A stretch of 64,000 nt of DNA from Carcharhinus amblyrhynchos (Eukaryota), in the NCBI GenBank assembly GCA_965287045.1, contig OZ336893.1, positions 34,348,001 through 34,412,000 on the forward strand, given 5' to 3'. The notes below the pieces were generated by a model, which was not told the DNA's origin, ran no database searches, and saw only the letters and a program-made list of their open reading frames with translations. Positions within the stretch are counted from its first letter, which is position 1, and each line of letters opens with the position of its first letter. The position numbers were made by a program, and so were the translations under genes. Shown here piece after piece: positions 1-11,249 of the stretch.

Positions 1-116
1 ACACAAGGTCAAAATTCCTCAAAATTTAAGGGAGGGGAAGCAGAGTATAAAGAATGGGTGTGTAAAAAGGAAATAGCACGGACCTGAGCAGCACATCAAA
101 ACATGTCCAAACGTGT

Positions 117-277
117 AGGTTAAAGTCCAACAGGTTTATTTGGCAGCACACTTTCGGAGCACTGCCCCTTCATCAGGTGAGGGGTAGTGTTCCAAAAGCT
201 TGTGCTACCAAATAAACCTGGTGTTGAGAGACTTCTTACTGCGCTTACCCCAGTCCAACACTGGCATCTCCACATCA
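117..277. mobile_element. Penelope-like element remnant with inverted (fold-back) arms and a degenerate minimal hammerhead core on the minus strand
   Basis: Minus strand reads tcacCTGATGAaggggcagtgctccGAAAgtgtg...aaataaacctgttggacttta; the plus-strand arm from ~179 repeats the same sequence and continues to ...ccagtccaacactggcatctccacatca. Confidence 0.72.
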
Positions 278-279
278 CC

Positions 280-1180
280 GCACCCATTGCCAGAGAAATT
301 AAAAATTTTGGGTCAGAGCCCTGCAATCTCTCCCTTGCCTCCCACAGCAGGCTGGGGTACAATATATCTGTATCTGGAGATTTGCCCACTTTTAAGCTTG
401 CCAACACCTCCAATATTTTGTCCTTCCCTAATGTCAAATTTGCTGAAGGACCTTGCAGTCTCACCCCAAATAACTTCAACCTGATTCTCTTTAGGTGAAG
501 ACAGATGAAGTATTAATTCAAAACTCTACCAATGTCCTGTAGCTCCACCCACAGATTGCCCCTTGGTCCCTAATGAGTCCTACTCACACTCTGGTTATTC
601 TCTTCCCATTGATATATTTATAGAATGTCTTGGGATTGTCCCTACTTTCATCAGCCAGAGCTTTCTCATGTCCCCTCTTTGCACTCCTAAATTGCTTTCT
701 TTCCACCCTACACTTTTTATACCTCACTGATGTCTCCATTGATCTGCTCCCCTTGTACCTACTAAAAAGCCTTTTTTCCCTTTTCACCATAGCCTGAATA
801 TCTCTGGTCACATATGGTTCTGTGGGCTTGCTACTCCGTCCTTATAGCCTAGAGTGAACATGCTAGACTTGTACCCTTCCTCTCTTCTTTTTGAACGCCT
901 CACCCCTTCCTCCATTGCTCTTCTGTAGATTTTCCCACTAGTAAGTTGACCTAGTCCTACTTTACTTAACTCCACTTACCCCAATCCAAAACTTTTTTTT
1001 GCCATTTGTCTATTTCTTCATCCACAAGCTTAGATTGCACCATGTTGTGGTCCCTACCACTAAAATGCTCCCGCACCACTATCTCAACCACCTGTCCAGC
1101 TTCATTCCCCAGAATTACATTTAGCAAAGTTGTGTCCCTCGTTAGGCCCTCAAATGTTCTCTTGTACACATTTCAAGAAA
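280..1180 (-). mobile_element. Degenerate CR1-clade LINE fragment (ORF2, endonuclease end to RT start)
   Basis: Minus-strand peptides TLLNVILGNEAGQV..EHFSGRDHNMV, NPKTFYKYINGKRITR and LKVGKSPDTDILYPSLLWEA match CR1 ORF2 motifs; frameshifted. Confidence 0.85.
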
Positions 1181-1689
1181 TTCACTCCTTCCAACATTTA
1201 TGAATTATTGCGCAGGTTCTGTACACAAGTGAAATCCTTAATTAGAAATCTCAGGATCAAGTGTACAAGTCAAATTAAACTGAAAAGGGGGCTTTTTTTT
1301 TAGACAAATAGTCAGGCACGTAGTAAGTGTGGAACAGGAGTTTGAACTTCTACAAGTATTACTTGATACCAATATTAACCCACAATTAGAATAACTCCCA
1401 CATTATAACAGGATTGCAAGTGTCAGTCCCTTTAAAGAATAGAAAAGGCGATTATTGCAATCAGCATAATGGACTAAAACCACAGAAGTTCAAAATGTCA
1501 AATGTCAGCTCAGTGGAGAACTGGCAAGATTGTAATATGCATTTGGCTAGTAAGCCAATCCTTTAATTAAATTAGACTTATTTTTAACTTGTCTCATTTG
1601 GATGTTAATTGGCTGTCGCGTTTACAACATTCATGACATTTCCAAAGTACTTAATTTGCTGGAAAATGCTGGAGCTGACCTAACACTAG

Positions 1690-1957
1690 TAGCATGGTGG
1701 CACGGTGGTTAGCACTGTTGTCTCAGTGCCAGGGACCTGGGTTCGATTTCAGCCTTGGGTCACTGTCTGTGAGTCTGCACATTTTCCCAATGTCTGTGTG
1801 GGTTTCCTCCCAGTCGGAAAGACGCTGGTTAGGTGCATCGGCCATGCCAAGTTCTCCCTCGGTGTACCCAAACAGGCACTAGAGCATGGTGACTCAGATT
1901 TTCATAGTAACTTCATTGCAGTGCTAATGTAAGCCTACATGCGACATTAATAAAAAA
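1690..1957 (+). mobile_element. tRNA-derived SINE (HE1/V-SINE-like)
   Basis: Head ggtggcacggtggttagcactg (A box) and gggttcgattt (B box), core ctgcacattttcccaatgtctgtgtgggtttcctcc, A-rich end. Confidence 0.85.
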
Positions 1958-2737
1958 GGTAATGAAAGAACCTATAGAAATTGGTGTTTTTCTTCCCATC
2001 CAGGAAATAAAGGTGGGAGAAAGGAGAATTCAAGAGTTACAGCTGGGTAAAAGCCATTTTTGCAGACTGGCAATTCTACAATCCCTGATCAGGAACTAAT
2101 TGAACATCAATATTTTGACTTAATTGCCAAAGGACCCAGAAGTAAAGAATTATTAAAATTTTCATCCCTTGTATTTCTAGCTTATGTTACAACAGTACAC
2201 AATGCTTTTCAAAAATAATACTGCCAGATTAAGAATTGTAACACGCCTTCTTCCTTAAAAATCTGTTTCAGGGTTTTTATTATCCGATGTTTCCAAATTA
2301 GGAGTCAATTGCTAGTGTTAATAATCCACTTTACACAAGAGGAACTTTACCTAGTCTCAATCTCATTTCAATCTTTTGTACAGAATTACTGCCCTACTAG
2401 GATTAGTGAATTTGTATTTCCCACAATCTAGCTATTAAAATTGCTCAAAGCTCTTAATTGTTCAATGTAAAATTTACATGCCACTTGTATCACAACTTAA
2501 ACATTCCATAGACCGAACATTGAAGCTGGTTCAATTCTGCTATAACATGAAAAACATCCCTGATAACAATACTGTTTTTTTTACAAGAATGAAAAATAGC
2601 AATGCATTGCGCAATAAAAGAGCACCACAGAAGTATTGACAAGAAAACAAGAACTTAGGTTTCAATAAAACAGAAGGGATGTCTAATTGCATATTGAGCT
2701 CATGTACTATCATACTCTGCCAACTGAGTGTATTGAC

Positions 2738-3897
2738 GGAGCTGATGGCCTAGTGGTATTATAAGAACATAAGAAATAGGAGCAGGAGTAGGCCATCTAG
2801 CCCTTCGAGCCTGCCCCGCCATTCAATAAGATCATGGCTGATCTGTCGCAGCTCAGTTCCACTTTCCCGCCCTCTCCCCATAACCCTTAATCCCCTCTCT
2901 TATCAAGAACCCATCAACCCGCTTCTTAAAAATATTTAGCGAGGCAGCCTCCACCACTTCAACGGGCAGAGAATTCCAGAGATTCACCACCCTTTGAGTG
3001 AAGAAGTTCCTCCTCAACTCCGTTCTAAACCGCCTCCCCTTTATCTTGAGGCTGTGCCCCCTAGTCCTACTGTCTTTTTTGAGCGGGAAGAGTCTCTCCA
3101 CCTCTATCCTATCCATCCCATTCATCATCTTATACGTCTCAATGAGATCTCCCCTCATTCTTCTAAACTCTAACGAGTACAAGCCTAGTTTATTCAGCCT
3201 CTCCTCATAGCTCAATCCCCTCAACTCCGGTATCAGCCTAGTAAACCTCCTCTGCACTCCCTCCAGGGCCAAAATATCCTTGCGCAGGTGCGGCGCCCAA
3301 AACTGCACACAGTACTCCAGCTGCGGCCTCACCAATGCCCTATACAGCTGCAGCAAGACCTCCCTACTTTTATATTCAATCCCCCTCGCTATGAAGGCCA
3401 GCATCCCATTCACCTTCCTGACCACCTGCTGCACCTGCAAGCTGGGTTTTTGCGACTCATGCACAAGGACCCCGAGGTCCCTCTGCACCGTCGCCTGCTG
3501 CAGTTTTTCGCCACGTGAGTAATAGTCCTTCCTACCATTCTTCCTACCAAAGTGGACCACCTCACACTTGCCAACATTAACACTAAACTATCATTCCAGA
3601 AAGTCAGCTGTTTAGGGGCCCAGATTCAAATCCTGCCAGATGGTGGAATTTGAATTCAATGAAAAATATCTGAAATTAAGAATCTACTGATGACCACGAA
3701 ACCATTGTCAGAAAAACTCATCTGGTTCACTAATGTCCTTCAGGGGAGGAAATCTGTTGTCCTTACCTGGTCTGGCCTACATGCGAGTCCAGAGCCACAG
3801 CAATGAAGTCAGCTCTCAACTGCCCTCAGCCAACTAGGTATGAGCCATAAATGCTGGCTGGCCAGCAACACTATGTCCCACAATTGAATGAAAAAAG
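2738..3897 (+). mobile_element. tRNA-derived Deu-domain-like SINE (SacSINE1-like) split by a younger CR1 insertion
   Basis: Head gatggcctagtggtattat (2744-2762) resumes at ~3581 and runs through catctggttcactaatgtccttcaggggaggaaatctg...ccttacctggtctggcctacatg to an A-rich tail; same sequence in reverse at 36262-36620. Confidence 0.7.
2761..3580 (-). mobile_element. Young 5'-truncated CR1 LINE (ORF2 C-terminus plus 3' UTR)
   Basis: Uninterrupted 235-aa frame 2853-3560 with QRDLGVLV, LYRALVRPQLEYCVQFW, RGHSLK, FFTQRVVNLWNSLP; ends in a (ttcttatg)n tail. Confidence 0.95.
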
Positions 3898-6800
3898 TAT
3901 GCCAATTCCAACACTTGGAGGCTTCAAGAATCAAGTGGGACATCGAACAATTGATAGGGAGGTAGTTCTACGTCAAGAACAAAATCAGATGTAGCAAATC
4001 TGTTCCCACCTCATGGATTCTATAAAAGCAGCTTTTAATCAAGTACAAATCAATGATCAAGTGTCACCAGGCAATTAAAAGAGCATCAGGCCAGAAATAA
4101 TAAGTGAAACAGCAAGTGGTCCAATGCGCTTCAAAATGAAGCTTAAATGTAGAGATGCTGTCTTATGTAATATCAAACTAAAGCAAAGTTTCACTTCAAA
4201 GAATTACTGAAAGGAGTAAGGGCAAGGTTGGTAAAAATAAATTAGGCCAAACAGTCTGAGACAGATATTAAGGTTTATAATCTTTGTCAAGTTTATTCCT
4301 TTTGGCTGTGAAAATTCATTGATTCTGGCCTGCATTTTGGAAAATAAAGCAATAATATTTTTCTAAAAAGGATTTTTTCCCCCTGAAAAGATAATTGTTA
4401 CACAAAGCACAAAATACATTAGATGTAGGAAATTAAAAATAATGAAATAGCTAGCTTGTCAATGTGCAGAGTGTGTGTGAAGGGGGGGTGCATGGCAGAA
4501 GCAGTACAATGCAGGGAAGAGAGGAAACAAATAAAAAGGGAAAGTCAGAGATAAAACAGAAGGCAAAAGACATGGCCATGAAAAGTAGAAAAAAGAGTAA
4601 GCGAGGCAACATTTCAAGATTGTCAATAGCTAGTGTAAATGAGAATAGCAAATTCATTACCAACAGCCATCTTTCAGCCTGGGAAGTTGTGAAGGGTAGA
4701 TCTGTGATGGGGTACAAGGCAATGTCAAGTCCAGAGGCATTTCTTCACTAAATGAAGGTGAAATATGATGTGCTTTTGGAAATGACCTTTACAAAGTGCC
4801 AATGAGTGCTACCAGCACTTTTGCTCACACAAGCAAACATGTGAACCACTGTCACTTAATATCAGATCATATTTAGTCTTTTTTTAACCACAATTAGATA
4901 GATCTGTTGCAAATAAATGATCCTAACTTTGTGCAGTTACATCTGGTTTCAAGATGAATCCAACTTACATTCTGCACTTCATATAAATCTAATTTTTAAA
5001 AAATCTAATGCATCACAACGAAAGCTAATTACATGCAGAACGATTGCAACAACCAGCAATCAGAAGGCAGCCAATGCTTAATGACCATCCTTTGCTGAAC
5101 TGTTTCACAATGTCCCCCAATTTATTCAGCATTCACTAACTGCTCCAATTCACTTTACTCATTAGTATTGCACTCTTCCAATCTACTCCAGGCAACTGTC
5201 AAACTCAGCAACCACCAGTTTGTGTTCAAATACTCTTCCACAGTTTGAGTCCAGCTTCTCACGCAACGATTGTACAATGAAAAAATTTTAAACAGATTAA
5301 AGAGTGCCCATGGCCCCATCAGCCTTCTCCTTTTGTCCCACCTGACTCAACTCAGATAGGAATTTAGGAAGACTTATCAAATTTGACTATTAGTAGCTAG
5401 ACAATTGAGGGAGCAAAAAACCTTATTTTAAGCACATTTATATCAACTTTTTACACTAATGCAGTGCTAGCATGTTATTGCTTTGCTCCTTCAGTCACAA
5501 GATGACATGGGTATCTCTAATGGCATCGCGAAAATTCTTAAACATTACATCTACAACTATGTAGTAGGATTCCCTTAAAATCAACTCAAACTAAACACCC
5601 ATGCAAATCTGCCATCAACTACTTTTAATACACACATTAAGTGTGTGATATGGCCTACCAAAGAAGCCAAAAGACGCCTTCAGCGTAAAGCAAAACACTG
5701 AAGTAAACCAGACATTGGCAAATCTTTGGCATTAGCTCTTCACTCAGTTGTACTTATGTAAAAACATGTTGATTATTTAGGACCACAGGCAATAAACCTT
5801 CATTTATTGCCTGCAGTCACCAAATTCTGAGAAACTTCATTGGGGCATCAGATTCATCATCTGTAAACAGATCTGAAAGGCAGAATATCAACCAGAGCAG
5901 GTGCATCTCCCACTAAAGGAGAAAGTACTAATGAATATATTACACTGGCGACTTTGCCATAAATTTACATAACCATAAATCCAATTCGATGCAGTCACAA
6001 GCCAAACCTTAAAACCAATTTGTCAGTTTTCAATTGACTAAAACATGCAGCGTTAAATCACAAGAATATTCAGACTGATCATCTGTCAAACAGATCTTTC
6101 AGGGCATTGTTTTTGTTGACATTTCTGATCTCTAACTCATTTACAGAATGGTATTGGTAAGGAGACAAAACATAATCTATTTAAGAGCTTCTGCCAAAGA
6201 AGAGCTTATAATGAAATTTCTGCCATTTGTCCCTGGTGACTGCTTTGAATTCAAATTTAAACTTAGATTGTTTAGTAACACAATTTCATGCTCTTGATTT
6301 ATAAAGTTGAGATCACCCTCAAAATATTTTCTGAACTCTTATGATTCTGTCTTCTGTTTTTAACATAACATTTAAGAGTTACGAGAAGTGCACACCAGAA
6401 AAGGCAGATTTTTGCCAGTTTCATTAATTACAATAAAATGAACGATTGCTAATGTTGCAATAATGAAAGCATGCAAGAAATGATAACATTCAGAATGTGA
6501 TACTTTAGCCAGCAGTTTTGATCAAGAATTTCAAAGGCCAAAATTATCAAATTATCTATTGTAAGAATGGCCTCCCTCGCTAAAAAGTTAAATCTCCTGG
6601 GATGATAATTTTCTCCTTTTCATGAAGGTTGAACGAACAAAGAATTCACTATTATCTCAATCCAAGTGTAGAAAGGGCTGGCCATTTACATGCTGGTTTA
6701 ATGCAAAATCCAGCAAATGAAACTCCAATACATGCCACATTCACTAACCATTTGCATTAACCACTGAAATATGTTTTGCTATTTAGAGGACATGAGGACT

Positions 6801-7704
6801 CCATAAAATATTGATTTCAACTGACGTTACACTCCATCATTCTTAGTAGTCTGCAACCTTGAGTGTTCTTTTCACAAAGTTAACCAACAAGCAAATAAAT
6901 GCAAACCGGTCATCACTACAACGTATGTGAAATTGCTTTGAAAAATCTTAAATTAGCGAATGCATTGCAGGACAGACCCATGACAGCCATTAAATTTTAA
7001 TGATCAGCTCAAGAGAAGCAGGCTATTGTAGGATTCCAATACAATACAAGCCAAAACAAAAGGAAGCTTATGAATAGAATAGCTTAATTATACTGAAAAA
7101 TTCAATAGACCATTTCATGCTAGTGAATATAGATAGGCATTTTGCTCACTGAATGTTACATGAATGTTAATGTAAGCCTAACTAACTTGAGGGAAAAAGT
7201 CAGGTAGCACATTAGCTCTGTTCTTTCCAGACTAAGTAAGTCCCATTAGAAATCTGGGTTTCTTGAATCACTTTATCCATAATGAAAAGTTAATTTGTAT
7301 AACCAATGTCAATAGCTTTCAAATATTAAACCAAGCTTTGGCTAACCATTGCCATTTCAAAAAAGGTAGTGTTATTTTGAGGGTAAATTAAGTTTTGAAC
7401 TATAACCACTTTTGTACGTTAAAAAGGTCAGTAGATAGAGAAATAATAATGGGAAACAAATGGATACTGCAGTTTCGTTTACTGAAAATACTGACAGTAC
7501 AGGAGGACCTAAATCTGGTTCTCCATGCATAATTAAGAATTAATTAGGGTGAAAGAAAAACGGTTAATGTGATAAAGAGAGAGAGCGAGAGAGAACAGGC
7601 AGTTTGGAATTTGTAAATCTTTGCAGTGATTTCCTTAGTATAAAAGGAAAATGCAGACTGCCACTCCATGGCTGGTAACATTTGTTAACAGAACTACAGA
7701 ACTC

Positions 7705-7798
7705 CCACTCACCTGATGAAGGGGCAGTGCTCTGAAAGCTTGTGCTACCAAATAAACCTGTTGGACTTTAACCTAGTGTTGAGAGGTTTCTTACTGTG
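7705..7798 (+). mobile_element. Penelope-like element remnant containing a minimal hammerhead ribozyme motif
   Basis: cacCTGATGA(7713-7719) aggggcagtgctct GAAA(7734-7737) gctt gtg, then aaataaacctgttggacttta; same family as 117-277. Confidence 0.75.
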
Positions 7799-7939
7799 GT
7801 AATAGATTAAACAGTGACAGCCCTCCCTCGAGGTTTGATATTCCTTTCCCCTACAGGAGTTACTTTTTAACTGCCTAAAGGGTTGGCGAAAATCAGTTTA
7901 CCCAGCTTGAAACCCAACCGGTTTTTGAAAACTACACAT

Positions 7940-8043
7940 TCAGTAGATAAGGAATGCGGAATTCAAACTAACAGATTACCCGCGATTTTATTGAATGGCA
8001 GAGCAGGCTCAAGGGGCGAATGGCTTATTTCTGCTCCTATTCC
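7940..8043 (+). mobile_element. Old CR1 3' UTR fragment
   Basis: ttattgaatggcagagcaggctcaaggggcgaatggcttatttctgctcctatt resembles the 3' ends of the young CR1 copies. Confidence 0.65.
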
Positions 8044-9418
8044 AAAATAATTACAAAAATGTCACTATATATTCACAATTTTCCACAGGATTTACAGAAA
8101 ACATTGCACAGTATTGTTTATGCATGCACTTCATCTTTAATATTTTGCATTATTCTTAATTCATAACTAAGCACCAAACATGCAACACCTAAATTCAGCA
8201 ATCACCTGTCAGCTTGCATCATACAAGAGGACCACCACTATTTTTGTGGATAATGAAGAGTCCTTTTCTCTTGAAGTCAGCCTGCACTGATAAGCAAGTG
8301 GAATACATGCATCAAAATGTGGTTATTCAGATCTAGAAAACTAGGGAGCATCACCACGAAAATATTTTGTTATTTAGTGCACAGGCTTTTCTCTGGGCAA
8401 ATGTACTGGCTCAAAACCAGGGCAGTCTTTGAAAAGTTAACCATTTACACTTCAAATGATGTAACTCATTATTTTATCCCTTTCCACAACAGGGGAAATT
8501 GACTTCATTATAGTTTGTCACAATTTAGGGTCATTCAAGCATAAAGGGGTACTTTGCAGAATGAACAATATAAAGCTTGATAAAATGCACAGTTGTACAT
8601 TGTGTGTGTTTTGGGGGCGGGGGGGGGGGGGGAGGAGAGAACGAGAGAGAGAGAGAAAACGAAGGGGTAAGTCTGGGTTGGGGTAGGGTTTAAAGGAGGA
8701 TCACAGTCTACTGACTCCAAAAAAAGGTCAATTGAACATAAGCTACATCATATTTAACTCTTGGCCTCTTAATACTTGGCACACACATTCCTTTGTCAGG
8801 CTAGATGAGAAATTCACATTGAGCAGATGCAGTAAGCCTGGAAAACATCAAGCTGAAAACAACAGATTTAACATCTTGTTGATCAGATTGCCAACTGATT
8901 TAGGGAGGAACAAGAGATTGTTGAAGCTTTGGTACAAGAAATGGTAATAAAAGCAACATGGAAGCATAATTGCTTGGAACTAGTCAGTGTATGAAGGAGC
9001 TTCTGTACAAGCATCTAGGCATGGAAGGCTAGAAAGTCTACATCAATAATTTTCTCATTTTTATTCTTTGTGCTTCCAGAATTACTAGACAGTTGAACTT
9101 CCATTTGTGAAAGCAATCCAAGTCTTTAGAAAAAATTATTGATATGCTTTTAGAAGCATCTTTACAACTTTTAATAACGCAAAGGTTCGAGTACACCATA
9201 GCATTGGTAATAGTTGTCAAGGACTCTACTTATGGTAGGTAACGTTGAAGATTCACATCACCCATTATGAAGTATTTTCTTTAAATAGAGTTACTTCAAA
9301 ATATATATTAAACCCCTAAATGGAAGGGCAACGATTCCATTAATCACATTTTAAAATATTTACAGAATGTATTAAGCATCATCGAGAGCATCAGCTTAAA
9401 CCTTCTGAAATAACTTAC

Positions 9419-9562
9419 CGCAGGCACCAGTAGTTTCTTGACCTCTTCTACTGCTCTTCTCAATTTCAATTCTGCTCTGTCTTGTGTGTCTTCAACAGTT
9501 ATTAATACATGGAGCTCTTCATTCAGATGTTCCCAGTTCGGTTTGCCTCGGTTCTGTTCTTC
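9419..9562 (-). CDS. QKI: Quaking coding exon 4, C-terminal half of KH domain
   Basis: Translates [48 protein letters not shown]; acceptor tgtctttacAG, donor GTaagt; 144 nt, phase 0-0; not in the ORF track because it has no start codon. Confidence 0.97.
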
Positions 9563-9581
9563 CTGTAAAGACAGGAAAACC

Positions 9582-9720
9582 TACATAGAATTACATAGAA
9601 TCTACACCAGAAACAAGCCATTTGGCCCAGTTGGTCTATGCCAGTGTTCATGCTCCATAGAGGCCCTCATCCCAAATGACCCTGTCATACTTTATCCTCA
9701 TTCTCCTTCTCTGTCTTGTG
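9582..9720 (-). mobile_element. CR1/SINE 3' tail fragment just upstream of the exon 4 acceptor
   Basis: Plus strand tacatagaat-tacatagaat-ctacaccagaaacaagccatttggccc is the reverse of a CR1-type 3' end with a short tandem tail. Confidence 0.7.
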
Positions 9721-10188
9721 TATACATCAAGGAGAAAGGAAGCAAGGGCAAGGAGGTTGTGCAAAATAAGATCCATGATGTCAGCCCTCGTTATTAAGTG
9801 GAGTGTTCGGCAGGCAATTAAAAAGTTACATTCAAGAAAACTTTATTGGGAACCAAATTGGTGATGCTTATTGCATAGTAGTTTTTCATATGTTGCAACT
9901 GAGTAGGACCCAATAATGAAATTTAAAAACAAAAATCAGTGGAGCAAATATTACTTGTGATTTAATGTTCACTTGCTAGAAACAGACCAAAATTTTATTT
10001 CAAGACAAAATAAACATGAACAAACAAAAAAAGTGATTCTGCATCCGCCTTTCAGTATGAAGTAAATCACTGCTGAAACGAGACAAGATGGTAGTATTCA
10101 TCTGTCATAACTAAGAATAGCAGAGAAAAATAAAAACACGCATTAAAAATGTTAACCTACAATGCAACTGACTTTGTATTGATTCTAG

Positions 10189-10468
10189 TTTAAGTTTATT
10201 TATGTCTAACAAGTGGCACAAGTAGGCTTCTTTAACACTGCAGTGAAGTTACTTTCAAAATTCCCTCCATCGCCTGTTCGGGTACACTGAGGGAAAATTT
10301 AGCAAGGCCAAGACAATTAACCTGCACATCTTTTTGACTGCGGGAGGAAACTGAAGCAGACACAGGGAGAATGTGCAAACTCTGCAGAGACAGTGACCCA
10401 GCCTGGGAATTGAACCCAGGTTCCTGGCACTGAGGCAGCTCTGCTAACCACTGTGCTACCAGGGCATC
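10189..10468 (-). mobile_element. tRNA-derived SINE (HE1/V-SINE-like)
   Basis: Reverse complement of the 1690-1957 family: gaatgtgcaaactc, aattgaacccaggttcctggcactgaggcagc, taaccactgtgctacc. Confidence 0.85.
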
Positions 10469-11249
10469 CATTGATTCTAACTAATCAATCGGAACAAACA
10501 CCTTGACATCACCGAATAAAACCACTGAAAAGTTAGAGTTATCCTAAGTGCCTGGGATTTGAGGTTTGGTCATCAAGCCAAATGAAATTTTGCAATGTCT
10601 TAACGTATTTGTCAACAAGCACAAGTGAAATTATCCTGGTAATAAAATATACAACCCTCTAATAGCTCATGATGCAAAAACATTCATTAAGGTATCCGAG
10701 TGGATTAATTTTACAGGAACTGGATGGACACTGACGCTGGTGCAATTGCAAAGCTTTTTTACTCCAACATTTTCAACGGAATAAATCAGTTTTAAAAAGA
10801 TTATCATGCTTCAAGGTGAAGATCATACATGTTTAAAAAGCTGCCCTTTCATATAGTTGAAAGATTCCATTCATACCATGGAAAAACTAAGGAGGCTGAG
10901 CAAACTGCAGGCTGTCATTTCTGAACTAATGAAAGACTTGCATCTCAAAATGCAAAAGATGGGGTACTCTTAGATGTTAATTCCCTGCTGTAAATAACTT
11001 GCTCATGGATATGCACCTCAAGTGCCTTAACCAACAAGGCTAGGGGCCAAGTAGTTGGCAAGCGGGATGAGGTTAGACGCTACTGGTCAGCCGGTACAGA
11101 CACAGCAGGCCAAATTACCTCTTTCAATGCAATAAACCTTAGATGATTCGGTGACCGTACAACACATTTGTTCGGATGTGTTTCTTTTATAAAGCACACA
11201 AAAAAGGGTTAAATTGAGAGCGTGGCATTTAAAAGTTTCTGTAACAAGT

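Noticed and set aside
1690-1760. tRNA gene-like A/B boxes here and in other SINE heads
   Set aside because: They continue into SINE bodies and do not form a full cloverleaf
2853-3560. 235-aa ORF, and similar ORFs at 54648-55424, 55554-56018 and 61056-61361, as host genes
   Set aside because: They are CR1 ORF2 fragments, 5'-truncated, multi-copy and followed by CR1 3' tails
4464-4751. Lys-rich 95-aa ORF
   Set aside because: A by-product of purine-rich low-complexity sequence, antisense to the host intron
5161-5396. TACTAAT QKI-response-like motifs on the sense strand (autoregulation)
   Set aside because: Only two hits here, about 4 kb from the nearest exon seen; frequency is compatible with chance in AT-rich DNA
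8612-8660. Poly-G/GA tract (also 33785-33804) as a functional G-quadruplex
   Set aside because: Simple homopolymer runs, C-rich on the transcribed strand, with no further support
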